A stretch of DNA of 64,000 bases from NCBI GenBank assembly GCA_026936335.1, contig JAPMXV010000028.1, forward strand, positions 26,381-90,380. Direction: 5' to 3'. The first letter of the stretch is position 1; each line of letters begins with the position of its first letter. Made by a program: the position numbers and the translations under genes. This stretch comes from Mantamonas sphyraenae STR306. Taxonomy: Eukaryota > Protista > CRuMs. The notes below the pieces were generated by a model. That model was not told the origin of the DNA, made no database searches, and worked only from the letters and a program-made list of their open reading frames with translations. Shown here in pieces: positions 31,486 through 41,902 of this stretch.

Positions 31486-34400
31486 GGATTCTCCTTCTTT
31501 GCTCGCGTCGGCTATCTTCTCCTCAACGGGGTGTCATGGTTTGTTGTCTTTCAGCTTCTCTGACCCTGAGCGTCCGACGCTGCTCCGGCCGCCCTGCCCA
31601 TCGCCCAAATGAACGACACACCCACGCCCCCATCCCCACCCCCTACACACACACACACACACACACACACATTCACCTCGTTGTTGCTGTGGATGGACGC
31701 TCCATTTCACCATTCTCACTCTCGTCACCACACATCTCTTCTCCACTCCTCCACATCTCACCTCTCTTCACTGCCCGTGTCTCTCCCTTGGCCTCTCCAC
31801 GCCGCCACTTGTGCATCTCTTGTTCTTGTGCTCCGTAGCTCATGCTTCGAGGCCATCCTGTGCTCCTTCCCGCTCTCTTTCCTCCCATCTCCCATCCCTC
31901 CGTCCCCCTCCCCCTCCCCTTCCTCCCTCCACACCCCACCCTAGTCACCCAGATGCAGACACAAAAGTGCCTCCTGCTTCCTGGTCATGCTTCTTGATCT
32001 CACCCTACGCGCTCGTTCGTGTTCTCGGGTTGCTCTTGTTGCTCCGCCGTCCGACCGCGCGCTCCTCCTGCGCGTGCGAGCCCCCTCGCCTCCGCCTTGC
32101 CGAGCACCTGCGATTCCCACCATGTGCATCACTCTCGCACACCCTAGTGTGCCATACGCTCTGCCCACCGTTCGTCATCGCTCATCGTTGCTCATTGGCT
32201 TGTGGCTTCCTCGCCGCCGCTCGCCCCCGCCTTTCTTGTTGTTGGGCTCCTTCATCTCTGCATGTCCCCACAAAGCACTTGGCCAAAACACCCGCCATGC
32301 ACCTGGACACCTGTCCTGTGTGCCCCTCCCTCCCTCCTCCGCCACCCTCTCCCAAACTCCTCTCCTCACGTCCCACCCAAAAACCAGCCTTGGCCGGGCT
32401 GCACCCTGCCTCACAGGTCACACACAAGCCACTCCTTGTCATCCCAGAGTGTTCTCCAGCGTGCCTGGCCGCCGTGCCAATTCCCGGTTGCCCTCCCCAC
32501 CTTTCCTCCTCCTCCTCCTCCTCCTCTCTCCTCCGCAGCAGCCTCCTTACTGCTCACCGCCCTGCTGCTGCATGTGAGCCTGCAGCACCTTCTGCGCCTC
32601 GCCAACCTTGGCTGCCAGTGCCTCGGGCACCTCCAGCAGATGAAGCAGCTCAAAGTTGTCCATCTCCAGAAGCATGCCTGTGATCTTGGCGGCCGTGTCC
32701 ATGTCCGGGATCTCCTCCAGGTCGTTCACCAGCGGGAACAGACGGTCGCCCAGCATGTCCTTCTGCTCGGCGGGGCTTGCAGACGTCAGCTCCGTGATCG
32801 TCAGTGCCTCCATGCTGTCACCCTCGCCACCCTGCTGCTGCTGTCCACCCTGCTGCTGTCCACCCTGCTGCCTCTGCACGTTCTGGTTCGGGTTGCGCTG
32901 TTGGCGTTGCTGCTGCTGAGCCTGCTGCTGCTGCTGCGGCACCACAAATCCCTGCTGCTGGCCCTGCTGACCCTGCCCACGTCCAAACTGCGGCACCACG
33001 TTGTACACCAGACGTCCGTTCGGTCCCATCTGCTGCTGTGCCTGCTGCTGGTAGAACATCTGTGCCTGCTGCGCATACATCTGGTTCTGCTGCTGCATGT
33101 TCCCCTGCTGCTGGATGCGCAGCGCGTTCTGACGCTGCGCATGCTGCGCCTCCAGCTGTGCACGGCGCACCTCCTTGCGCTGAGCCAGAGCCGCGTAGAT
33201 CGGCTTCTGTCCGATGTGCTTGCCGTTCATGTCCGTCACTGCCTTGGTCGCCTCCTCAGCAGACGAGAAGCACACAAACCCAAAGCCCTTCGAGTTGCCC
33301 TTCTCGTCCACCATCACCTTGGAGCTCGTGATCGTTCCAAACGGTGCAAACTCTTCCCGCAGCTTCTGGTCGTCCACTGCGTCGTCCAGGTTCTTCACGT
33401 AAACGTTCACGCCCTGGTATCGGTTCAGACGCTCCTCGCGCATCTGCTGGAACTTCTTCTGCAGCTCCTGCTGGCGCTCGCTCTTCTTCTGCGCACGCGT
33501 CACCGTCAATGCCTGTCCCTTCAGCTCGAATCCGTCCAGCTCGTCCACTGCTGCACGTGCTGCCGACGTCTCCTTGAAGTTCACAAACCCAAAGCCCCGC
33601 GACACCGTCACCATCTCCTCATCATCTGCGCCTGCCTCCTCCTTCTCGCCCTCTTCGCCCTCCTTCTTGCCCTCCTCGCCCTCTTCCTCCTCCTCCTCTC
33701 CTTCGCCGTCCTCTTCCCCCTCCGAGTTGCCCTTGCCCTCCAGCAGCTTCTGTGCCACGCTGGCCTTCACCTTCTTCTGCATGATCACCAGGGACGTGAT
33801 CTCGCCGTACTTGCTGAACAGCTCCTCCAGCTCCTCCTCCGTCACCGCCAGTGCCACGTTCTTCACGTACACATTGGTAAAGTTGCGCTCGCCGTTCTTC
33901 TGCCTCTCCTTCTTCGGCACAAACGGGCCCACAAACACCTTCTTGTCGTTCAGAAGCATGCCGTTCACCTTGTCGATGGCCTTCTGCGCTCCTTCGTCGC
34001 TGTCAAACTGCACAAAGCCGTAGCCCTTGCTGTTGCCCTGCTGGTCCATCGCCACCTTGGCGCTCAGGATGTTCCCGAACGAGCTGAACACGTCGTACAG
34101 CGCCTTGTTGTTGATCGACTCGTCCAGGTTCTTGATAAAGATGTTGCCCTGGCCGCTCTTGCGCTGGCTCGGGTCACGGTGCGACCACATCACACGGCAC
34201 GGCTGTCCGTTGATCGACGTAAAGTTCAGCGTGTCCAGAGCACGCTCGGCTGTGTGGTGTGTGTGTGGTGTGTGTGTGTCATGTACGCGCCATGCATTCC
34301 ATGGGGTCATGTGTGTTCATACCAGGCCACACCCGTTGTTGTTGTGTCAGTCATTGCTACACACCCATTCTCTTTGCCCTTTGCCGTTCACTCCAGCGGA

Positions 34401-35373
34401 CATGCAAATTTTTCCACCGTCCACGAAAAAATGCACTTCTGCCCGCTGCTACCCCGCTCACCACCTAGCTCCCTCATGCAACCCGTACACCCCATGCTCT
34501 GCCCACACCCTGCCTCCTCCCGAATCCGTCTCTTGTCCCCTCTGCCTCTGCCTCCTCCGCCTGCATTCGGCCCCGGACCGCTTCCTCCGCTACCTTACCC
34601 GGAAAGCGTTCTTGCGAAGGGCCATTCCTCACCAAACCCTGCCCCCACCGCACACGCACCCATGCACTCTCTCACACCTCGTACGCCATCCCATCCGATG
34701 CACACTGCACGTTGTACTGCCTCCGCATAAACCTACCATCCATCGTCGACTGGTAGTTGATGTACGCGTAGCCGAGAGAACGGCGCGTAATCGAGTCACG
34801 GCACACGCGAATGCTCTGCACCGTGCCGGCCTGCGAAAACAGCTCAAAGAGAACTGCCTCCGTCACGTCCGGGTGCAGATCGCCCACGTACAGAGACGGA
34901 GACTGGAACTGCGACTGGCCCTGTTGACCCTGACCCTGCTGGGCCTGCGACTGCTGCTGCTTGCCTTCAGACGACATTCTTCTTGGTGTTGGTTGGTTTC
35001 TTGAAAGAAATAGGTTTTTGCTTTCTTGCCTAAGCACGGGGTTTGTTGGTGTGTTTGAGAGTACAGACTCGTTCAACAGTTGGTGTTTTGTCTTTCTTGG
35101 TGACGATCCGGCGTGCAAGCGAATCTCAAAAGAGACGGTTTTTTTTGTTTTTTTGATGCCCGCCCATGCGCAATGACAACCCTTCGTGTGGCCAAACCCG
35201 CTTTCAGGTCGCTTGCATTCAGTGTGCGGTGCTCTTCTGTGCACTGCGAAGCCAATCTCACACTCGGTGCGCCTTTCATTCCACTTTCTCACCCGCGGCC
35301 AGCCACCGTCTTCTGGTCCCCCTTGCATCCATCAACTCACAGCAGCACACACGACTTGGAGCCCTTGGCCGTT
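31486..35373. repeat. Right arm of the ~3.9-kb inverted duplication
   Basis: Reverse complement of 22636-26531, with a few SNPs and microsatellite length differences. Confidence 0.97.
32547..34977 (-). CDS. PABP: Cytoplasmic poly(A)-binding protein, copy 2 (protein identical to copy 1)
   Basis: Identical translation in the ORF track (32547-34310 and exon 1) and the same intron. Confidence 0.97.
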
Positions 35374-35416
35374 TCGGTCTTCTTGCCGTTGTCCTTAGGC
35401 GCGACGCTGTTACCAG

Positions 35417-35453
<37 letters not shown>

Positions 35454-38400
35454 GGCCGAGGTGTTCGTGCTGGGGGCCACCTTCTCCTCAGCCTGCGGCT
35501 TCTCTTGTGCCTCGGTCTTGGCAGAAGTAGTGTTGGAATTGGGCATGCTGGGCATGCTGGGAGTGCCGCCCGAGCTGCTGTTGGCGTTGGGCATGCTGGG
35601 CATGTTGCCGCTGCTCCCGCTCTTGTTTGCGCTGGGCATGCTGGGCATGCTGGGCGTGCTTCCATTGCCACCACTGCTGCTGTTGGCACTGGGCATGCTG
35701 GGCATACTGGGCGTGCTCCCGCCACCGGAATTGCTGTTGGCACTGGGCATGCTGGGCATGCTTGGTGAGCTCGGCTGCTGCTTGTCCGAACCAGGCATGC
35801 TGGGCATGCTGGGCTTCTTCTGGCTGTCATTGCTTCCACTGGCATTGGGCATGCTGGGCATGCTGGGCATACTGGGTGTGCTCGGCTGCTTGCTTGCGTT
35901 GGCGCTTGGCATGCTGGGCATGCTGGGCGAACTTGGCTGCTTGTCACCAATGGACGGCAATGCTGTCTTGTCCAGCGGGTTGCCACCTGCAGAAGCCGAC
36001 GATGACGATGACGAGCTGGATGAGCCGTTGCTTCCTGCGTTGGGCAAAGACGGCAGCGAAGACGGCATGGAAGGAGTCGATGGTGTCTCGTCTGTTGACT
36101 TGCCACCGTCACTCATGCCGCTGCTGAACGGCGAGCTAGCTCCTCCGCGAGAGCCACTGCGCATGCGGTCGAACCCACTGGGCGTAGACGGACGTGGCGA
36201 GTCGATCTGGCTGGCTGCGTCCACGGGATGGCCCCACACTTCCACAACCAGCGCTGTGCTTTGCAGATACTTCTTGAACTCCTCTGTCACCGGATAGATG
36301 GAAAACTTTTGCGCAAAGTCAAACACGGGGTTGATCGTCTTCTCGTTGCAGCGTTCCGTGACAAACGGCTCTTCGCTCATGAAGAACTTGAACTGGCAGT
36401 ACGTGCCAAAGCCCAGCTTCTTGGGCAGGCCTCGGCACGCAACCACGTGGATCACAAAGTCCATGCGCGTGCCCAGCTCTCCCCAGTCTTCGTCGTCCAG
36501 CTCGTCGCCGCGTTCGCCGTTGGGTCCAATCGGGTAGATTTCCACCTGCAGTTCGCCCTGTTGCTTGCCCGAGTAGTCCACAATTGGCGTTTGCAAATCA
36601 ATGTCCACCGCGTACTCCAAACCCTCCAGAAAGATTTGGGACTGGCCAATGAGCTGGTCTTCGGGTGGGTCCCAGAACGGATCGTCCTCTTGGTCCAGCT
36701 GGAAGTCGTTGCCCATTTCCAGAAACTCCGAGTACATCTCGCGAATGATGTACACACGGTTGATGAACTTGTCGTAGGGCCACGTGTGCACCGCGCTGCT
36801 CTCGTGCTCGTGCAGCAGCATAGCCAGGTCCGACTCTTTCGTTTGCGACCCGCCTGCACCAGGCACCACCTTCACGATCATCTTCAGCTCAAAGTGGCAG
36901 TTCTTGCCCATTTCCTCCGCAATCGCGTTGGCTTCGTTGACCATGGGGATGGTCTTGATGAGCTTGTCCTCCAGCAGCTCCATGGCGCGTTGTTCCTTCT
37001 GCTTCTGGAACACATAGTCGTCGTGCTCAAACTTGATCTTCTCGTACTGATCCTTGAGCACCGTCAGCTGCGCTTCCATCTCTTCCTTCTTCGCTTCCAT
37101 CTGGGCGACGGCCTCGTCGTGGGCTTTCTTGGCGTCCTGATCGTCTGGGTTGGCGTCCAGTGTGGCCTTGGTTGTTTCCACCTCGCTCTGCAGCAGATCC
37201 AGCGGACGTGCAAACGTGCTCTCCTCCCGCTTGATCTGCGTCTCCAGCTGGCGCATCTGCTGCTGCCAGCGGATAGTGCGTTCGTCCGAAAATGGGCCAT
37301 CATGCTTGGTAACTCCCAGGGAGCTCATTTGTGCCGCGTTGAGCTCCTTGGCCGCAAAGGAAAAGTCCACCAGGTCGTTTCCCAGCAGAGCACCGGCCTC
37401 CTCGGGGTGTTCGGCCAGGTACTTTTCCTTTTCGGCGCGGATGCGCGCTGCCTCTTCGGGCACGTTGTAGCGGAAGAAGTGGTTGTTGCCCATCACGATG
37501 CGGTCACTGTGTTGCAGCACCACTGGGTTCTTCACCTTGATGCCGTTGACAAACGTGGGTCCTTCCACGGGTGTGAGCGTGGTGGCGCCTTCGGGCTCGC
37601 GCAGGATATCGCAATGCACCTTGGCAATGCTGAGACCCTTGAGCGTGATAAACGTGTCGCTGTCATCGCCCTCGGGCTTCTCCTTGCCAAACCGGGTCAT
37701 GCCCTCCTTGAGGTAGTAGACAAGCGACTCGGACATGAGCGGATCTTCGTTGAGGTTGACCAGATGCGGCGTGCTCTTGTCCACCTGGTAGCTGAGCTGA
37801 AGTCCAGACGCGGCCAGCTGCGACTCGCCCAGCTGTTGCTGCTCCATCGTCTTCTTCATCTTCTCCTCCCAGCTCATCTGCATCTCTGCCATCATGCGCT
37901 CCGATTGTGCCAGTTGCTCGCGCAGCTCCTCCGTCTCCTTGCTTGATCCGCCTCCGCCTCCGCCGCCGCCGCCACCTCCGCCATCGCCGCTGCTGCTGCT
38001 GCTGGTTGGGCTGGCCGCAGCAATGGTTTGGGCGTCCAAGCCTGAGCCGACAAGCATGTCTTTGAGGCGCATGATTTCCTCCTTGAGCTCTCGGATGAGC
38101 TTCTCGTTGGGGTTTTCGTTCACCACAGCCTTGTTCTTGATCTTCTTGGCACGGTCAGCATAGCGCAGCGTCGACAGTGTCTCATCGTAGTTGACATCGG
38201 CTGGCGAAATGGCAGCAATCATGATGGTTTTTGCGTTGCCACCCAGGCTCTCCTGCAACAGACGCGTGAGCTTGGAGTCACGGTAGGGAATGACATGCTT
38301 GCGGCCTTTCTTGGGCGGTTCGGCGAGCGCGGAAATCACGTTTCCCAGTGCCGACAACGACTTGTTGATGGCTGAACCCTCCTTAAGACGGTCGCCTGTG

Positions 38401-39782
38401 GCACCGGTGGAGTTGGCACGCTCGGAGCCGGCCAGATCGACCAAGTTGATCTTGGAGACCATGTCCGAGGCCTGCACAGGTGGTGGGGGTAGGTGTGATG
38501 TTGGTGTGATGTGTCTCGAGTCAGCAAATGTGTGCACATACATGCTCTCACGGCAACTGTACGTGGGGCGCATGCTCTATGGTGGTGGAGGTGGGTGTCT
38601 CTGTCCTTGCGCTTACCTCCATGGTCTCTGTGTTGACGGTGGTCTGCGTGAAAATGATGGTGAACACGGAATGCCCTCGGGAACTGGTGTTGTTCATGTT
38701 GGTGGCGGCAACAGTGCGTGCCTTGGTGCCCAACTCCATCAAGTGTTCCACATCGGCGTAGTTGCCAGCAACCATGCGCGAGCATCCGTCCACATACACG
38801 CCGGCTTCCTTGCTCTCTCGGATCTTCAGCTTGGTGTCGCCGTTGGGGTTGAACAGATCACGCAGGTTCTCGTTGTAAATCTCCAGGAAAGAGACCTCCA
38901 CCTTGGCTGTCTGGTTGGGGTTCTGGTTGTTGTGCACACGCACAAACAGCTCCTCGGACACCAGGGGAATGATGCCCTTGGCTGCGCCGTACCCAACCAT
39001 CGAATAACTCTTGCCTGCGCCTGTCTGACCGTACGCAAACAGACTGACATTGTACCCTGTGTGATTTTGCATAGGACGTGGGGTTAGTTGCTGCTCCCAA
39101 GCTCGTGGTTGCCGACACACGAGGGCGGATAAACGCAGGGTCTGGGCTGCAATTCGAAAAACGGCCTTGGGTGCTGGCCAGCTCCTTTCGATATCCACGC
39201 GCCGCGACACACACACACACACAGGGCATGTACGCAGAACGCAGGGATCACACACATAATGCATACACGCAATAGAGGATGGGGCAAACGGGCCATGCAC
39301 CTGCAGGTGCGTTGCGTACGCTCCGCGTGTTGGGTCCGGCGAGCTCCAAGGCAAAGGGAGGGGAACGGAACGAACGGTCCCAAGTGCTAACAAAACCACG
39401 CTATACCAGCGCACACACGTACCTTTGATGGCATTGTCGAGCACATCCACACCCAAGTCATTGAACACAGTTGCCTGGTCGGCAAAGTGCGAGTCGTCTG
39501 CGTTGTGGGACCAGTAGGAGAAGTCAAACGTAAACGGCTTATCCTTGCCGTTGGACGGGTTGGTGATGATCGTGGTCATGTTTTCCATCGTAATGATGCA
39601 CTTGGCGTTCATGTTCTTCTCTCTGCACACACACACGTGGTCCCAGTACACACACGTATCCCTGTCAGTGTGTGTTCCGTCCTCCTGCCCCTCTACCGCA
39701 CCACCCCAGGACCCGACGCACACACCTACCGGTCGTTGAACGGCCGCACACGCACAGCCACACGCACGCTATCTCCCGACAT
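35337..39782 (-). CDS. Kinesin-3 (KIF28/KIF1/Unc104-like): motor, FHA, coiled coil, C2-like domain, PSM repeats, CaaX; 4 exons
   Basis: Motifs [68 protein letters not shown] and [14 protein letters not shown]; ends SKSCVLL*. Introns at 39729-39623, 39422-39057 and 38616-38472. Confidence 0.93.
35540..35935 (-). repeat. Coding minisatellite of (CCCAGCATG)n blocks encoding PSMPSMP
   Basis: About eight blocks of 2-3 copies of a 9-bp unit, separated by S/G/N/K linkers. Confidence 0.85.
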
Positions 39783-40130
39783 CTTGGATCTGGCACTGTG
39801 CATTGTGTAGTGTGCACGTGTAGACGCGCCACATGTGAGTGAGTGTGAGTGAGTGTGTGTGTGTGTGTGGAAGCAGAGGTGGTGGGACAAGCTCTTCCTT
39901 CCTCCTTTCTCCCTTCGGCACCCTTCTCAAACCCAATGATTTCCATGTTCACACCGGTGGCTGTTCGGCCTCCTCCCTCCAACTCGACTCCTCTAAGCAA
40001 CACCCCGGTTGCACTTTGACACACAGACAACTTACCGCCAAGCGGGGGGTTTTTTCGCTTGGCTGGCCGGTCGCCAAGGAAGGGCCCAGGGCCGGCCCTC
40101 TGCCTGCCAAGCGAATTCCAACCGTTCAGC

Positions 40131-41687
40131 ATGTTTGCACGTGCTCGATCCAACGCATCCCACCTGCTCATCCGCGCCTCCCCTGCGTCTGCGCACACCT
40201 CACGCGTGGGTGTCGGTCTCTCTGTGCTCCGTGTCGTCGCCAGGGCCTCGCCGACCGTTGTACAGCAAAGCTCGTCCTCGTCGTTGGCCTTGTCTGCCGT
40301 CTCGGCCCAGCACGCTCGTGCCTCCTCATCCGTCGCCCCATCCCTCCGCACTTCCTTCACATCTCTGCGTAAAGGCCTCTCCCGTGGGCGCCAACTCAAC
40401 CGTGGCATCGTCACACGAGCAGGCCTGGTCAACACAGCAAAGACGCCCGACCTCAGCTTTGCCGAGCGCACCAAAGAGAGCGAAATGAGCGCTGCAGACT
40501 CTGCCACCACAGACCTCGAGATCAAAGATCCCCGTGTGATTTTCGACCGTGCAATCAAAGAGGTGGAACGTGAGCTGGGTGGTAGGCAGAACCTCCGCGG
40601 ACCCAGAGAAATCGTCTTTCTGGGCGGTGCCCCTGGTTCAGGGAAGGGCACGCAGACGGCCAAGATTCTCGAAAGCCGAGGTCTGCTTTCCGAACCCATT
40701 GTCATGTCTTCTCTTCTCAGCAGCCCCGAAATGGAGGCCATCAAGGCCAAGGGGGGCATGATCAACGACTTCCAGGTCCTCAAGATCTTCCTCTCCACTC
40801 TCTTCAAGCCCGAAAACCGCAGAGGTGTCCTGGTCGACGGATTCCCTCGCACCAGTGTCCAAATCCAGTGTGTCAAACTTCTCCACGACCTTATGGTCTC
40901 CCTGCGCCAGGATTATTACGACTCGGAGCTCCGCGCCGAGTTTCCCCGCCCTTCCTTCCGTGTGGTCGTTCTCTTTGTCGAAGAAGACGAGAGTGTGCGC
41001 CGTCAGATGTATCGTGGCCAACAGGCCATCAAGCATAACGAGAAGGTCAAGGCCAATGGCCACGGCAAGCCCGTCGAAGTCCGCTCCACAGATCTCGACG
41101 CGGACAAGGCCAGTGCTCGGTATGCTGTCTTCAAGGAGCACTACGACACCCTCCACGAGCTCCACTCCCTTTTCCCGTTTCATCTCATCAACGCAGGAAA
41201 GGCCATCGATGAGGTGCGCGCGGAGATCCAAAACGAGCTGCGCTATCAATCCAGCATCGAACTCTCTTCTGAAACCTATGACCAGTTGCAAAACATCCCC
41301 TTGGCCACTGACCTCATTGCCTACGCCCGCCAAGAGCTGGCCCAACGCCTGGACAGCTACCAGGGCAACCATCCCGCCCTGTTCAGCAAGGTTGTCGACA
41401 CCATCCGCGACACATTCTTCCCTGTCATTCGCCGCCACAATGTCACCGGCGATGCAATCATTCGCAGCAACGACCGCCTTTGGCAGAATCCGCTCGCTGT
41501 CGACATGGCCATCGACGTCCTCAGTGAGCGCGGCTTCAACGTCATGGCCGACCACAAGCTCGTCCGTGTTCCCGACATGGTCGATCAGACCACTCACAAA
41601 ATTCTCTTTGCTGAGGAGTGGGAGTATGACTTTCGAGTGCGATTCCAAGCTGCAAAGATCCGCGAAAAGGTTGGTCTCCGAGGCTGA
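40131..41687 (+). CDS. Extended adenylate kinase-family protein with predicted organellar presequence
   Basis: P-loop GGAPGSGKGTQ and VLVDGFPRT..Q. There is a ~110-aa Ser/Arg/Ala-rich N-terminus lacking acidic residues and a ~140-aa C-terminal extension. Confidence 0.85.
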   Translation: MFARARSNASHLLIRASPASAHTSRVGVGLSVLRVVARASPTVVQQSSSSSLALSAVSAQHARASSSVAPSLRTSFTSLRKGLSRGRQLNRGIVTRAGLVNTAKTPDLSFAERTKESEMSAADSATTDLEIKDPRVIFDRAIKEVERELGGRQNLRGPREIVFLGGAPGSGKGTQTAKILESRGLLSEPIVMSSLLSSPEMEAIKAKGGMINDFQVLKIFLSTLFKPENRRGVLVDGFPRTSVQIQCVKLLHDLMVSLRQDYYDSELRAEFPRPSFRVVVLFVEEDESVRRQMYRGQQAIKHNEKVKANGHGKPVEVRSTDLDADKASARYAVFKEHYDTLHELHSLFPFHLINAGKAIDEVRAEIQNELRYQSSIELSSETYDQLQNIPLATDLIAYARQELAQRLDSYQGNHPALFSKVVDTIRDTFFPVIRRHNVTGDAIIRSNDRLWQNPLAVDMAIDVLSERGFNVMADHKLVRVPDMVDQTTHKILFAEEWEYDFRVRFQAAKIREKVGLRG

Positions 41688-41774
41688 CCTGACCGGACCA
41701 TTTCCCTGCTGCACAAACAAAGACCGCTGTTCCCGTCGATGCCACCACCTTTGATGCTTCGTGAATGTGTCTGA

Positions 41775-41775
<1 letters not shown>

Positions 41776-41808
<33 letters not shown>
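41776..41808. repeat. (TG)n microsatellite between the convergent ADK and adhesin 3' ends; similar (CA/TG)n tracts near 1686, 9016, 11602, 13358, 26343, 31646 and 39836
   Basis: Direct inspection. Confidence 0.9.
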
Positions 41809-41811
<3 letters not shown>

Positions 41812-41902
41812 GCACTCCTTTCCATTGTCGTTGCACTTTCCCACTGTTCCCATTTCATCACCCTCACTTCACGTCACGTCATGTCATCTCCTCTCTCTCT
41901 CC

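Noticed and set aside
22636-35373. Composite transposon or Polinton/virus-like element with terminal inverted repeats
   Set aside because: The arms consist of host genes and gene fragments. No transposase, integrase, polymerase, capsid or target-site duplication is seen.
35540-35935. CRISPR-like repeat-spacer pattern
   Set aside because: The 9-bp units are in frame within the kinesin CDS, and the context is eukaryotic with no cas genes.
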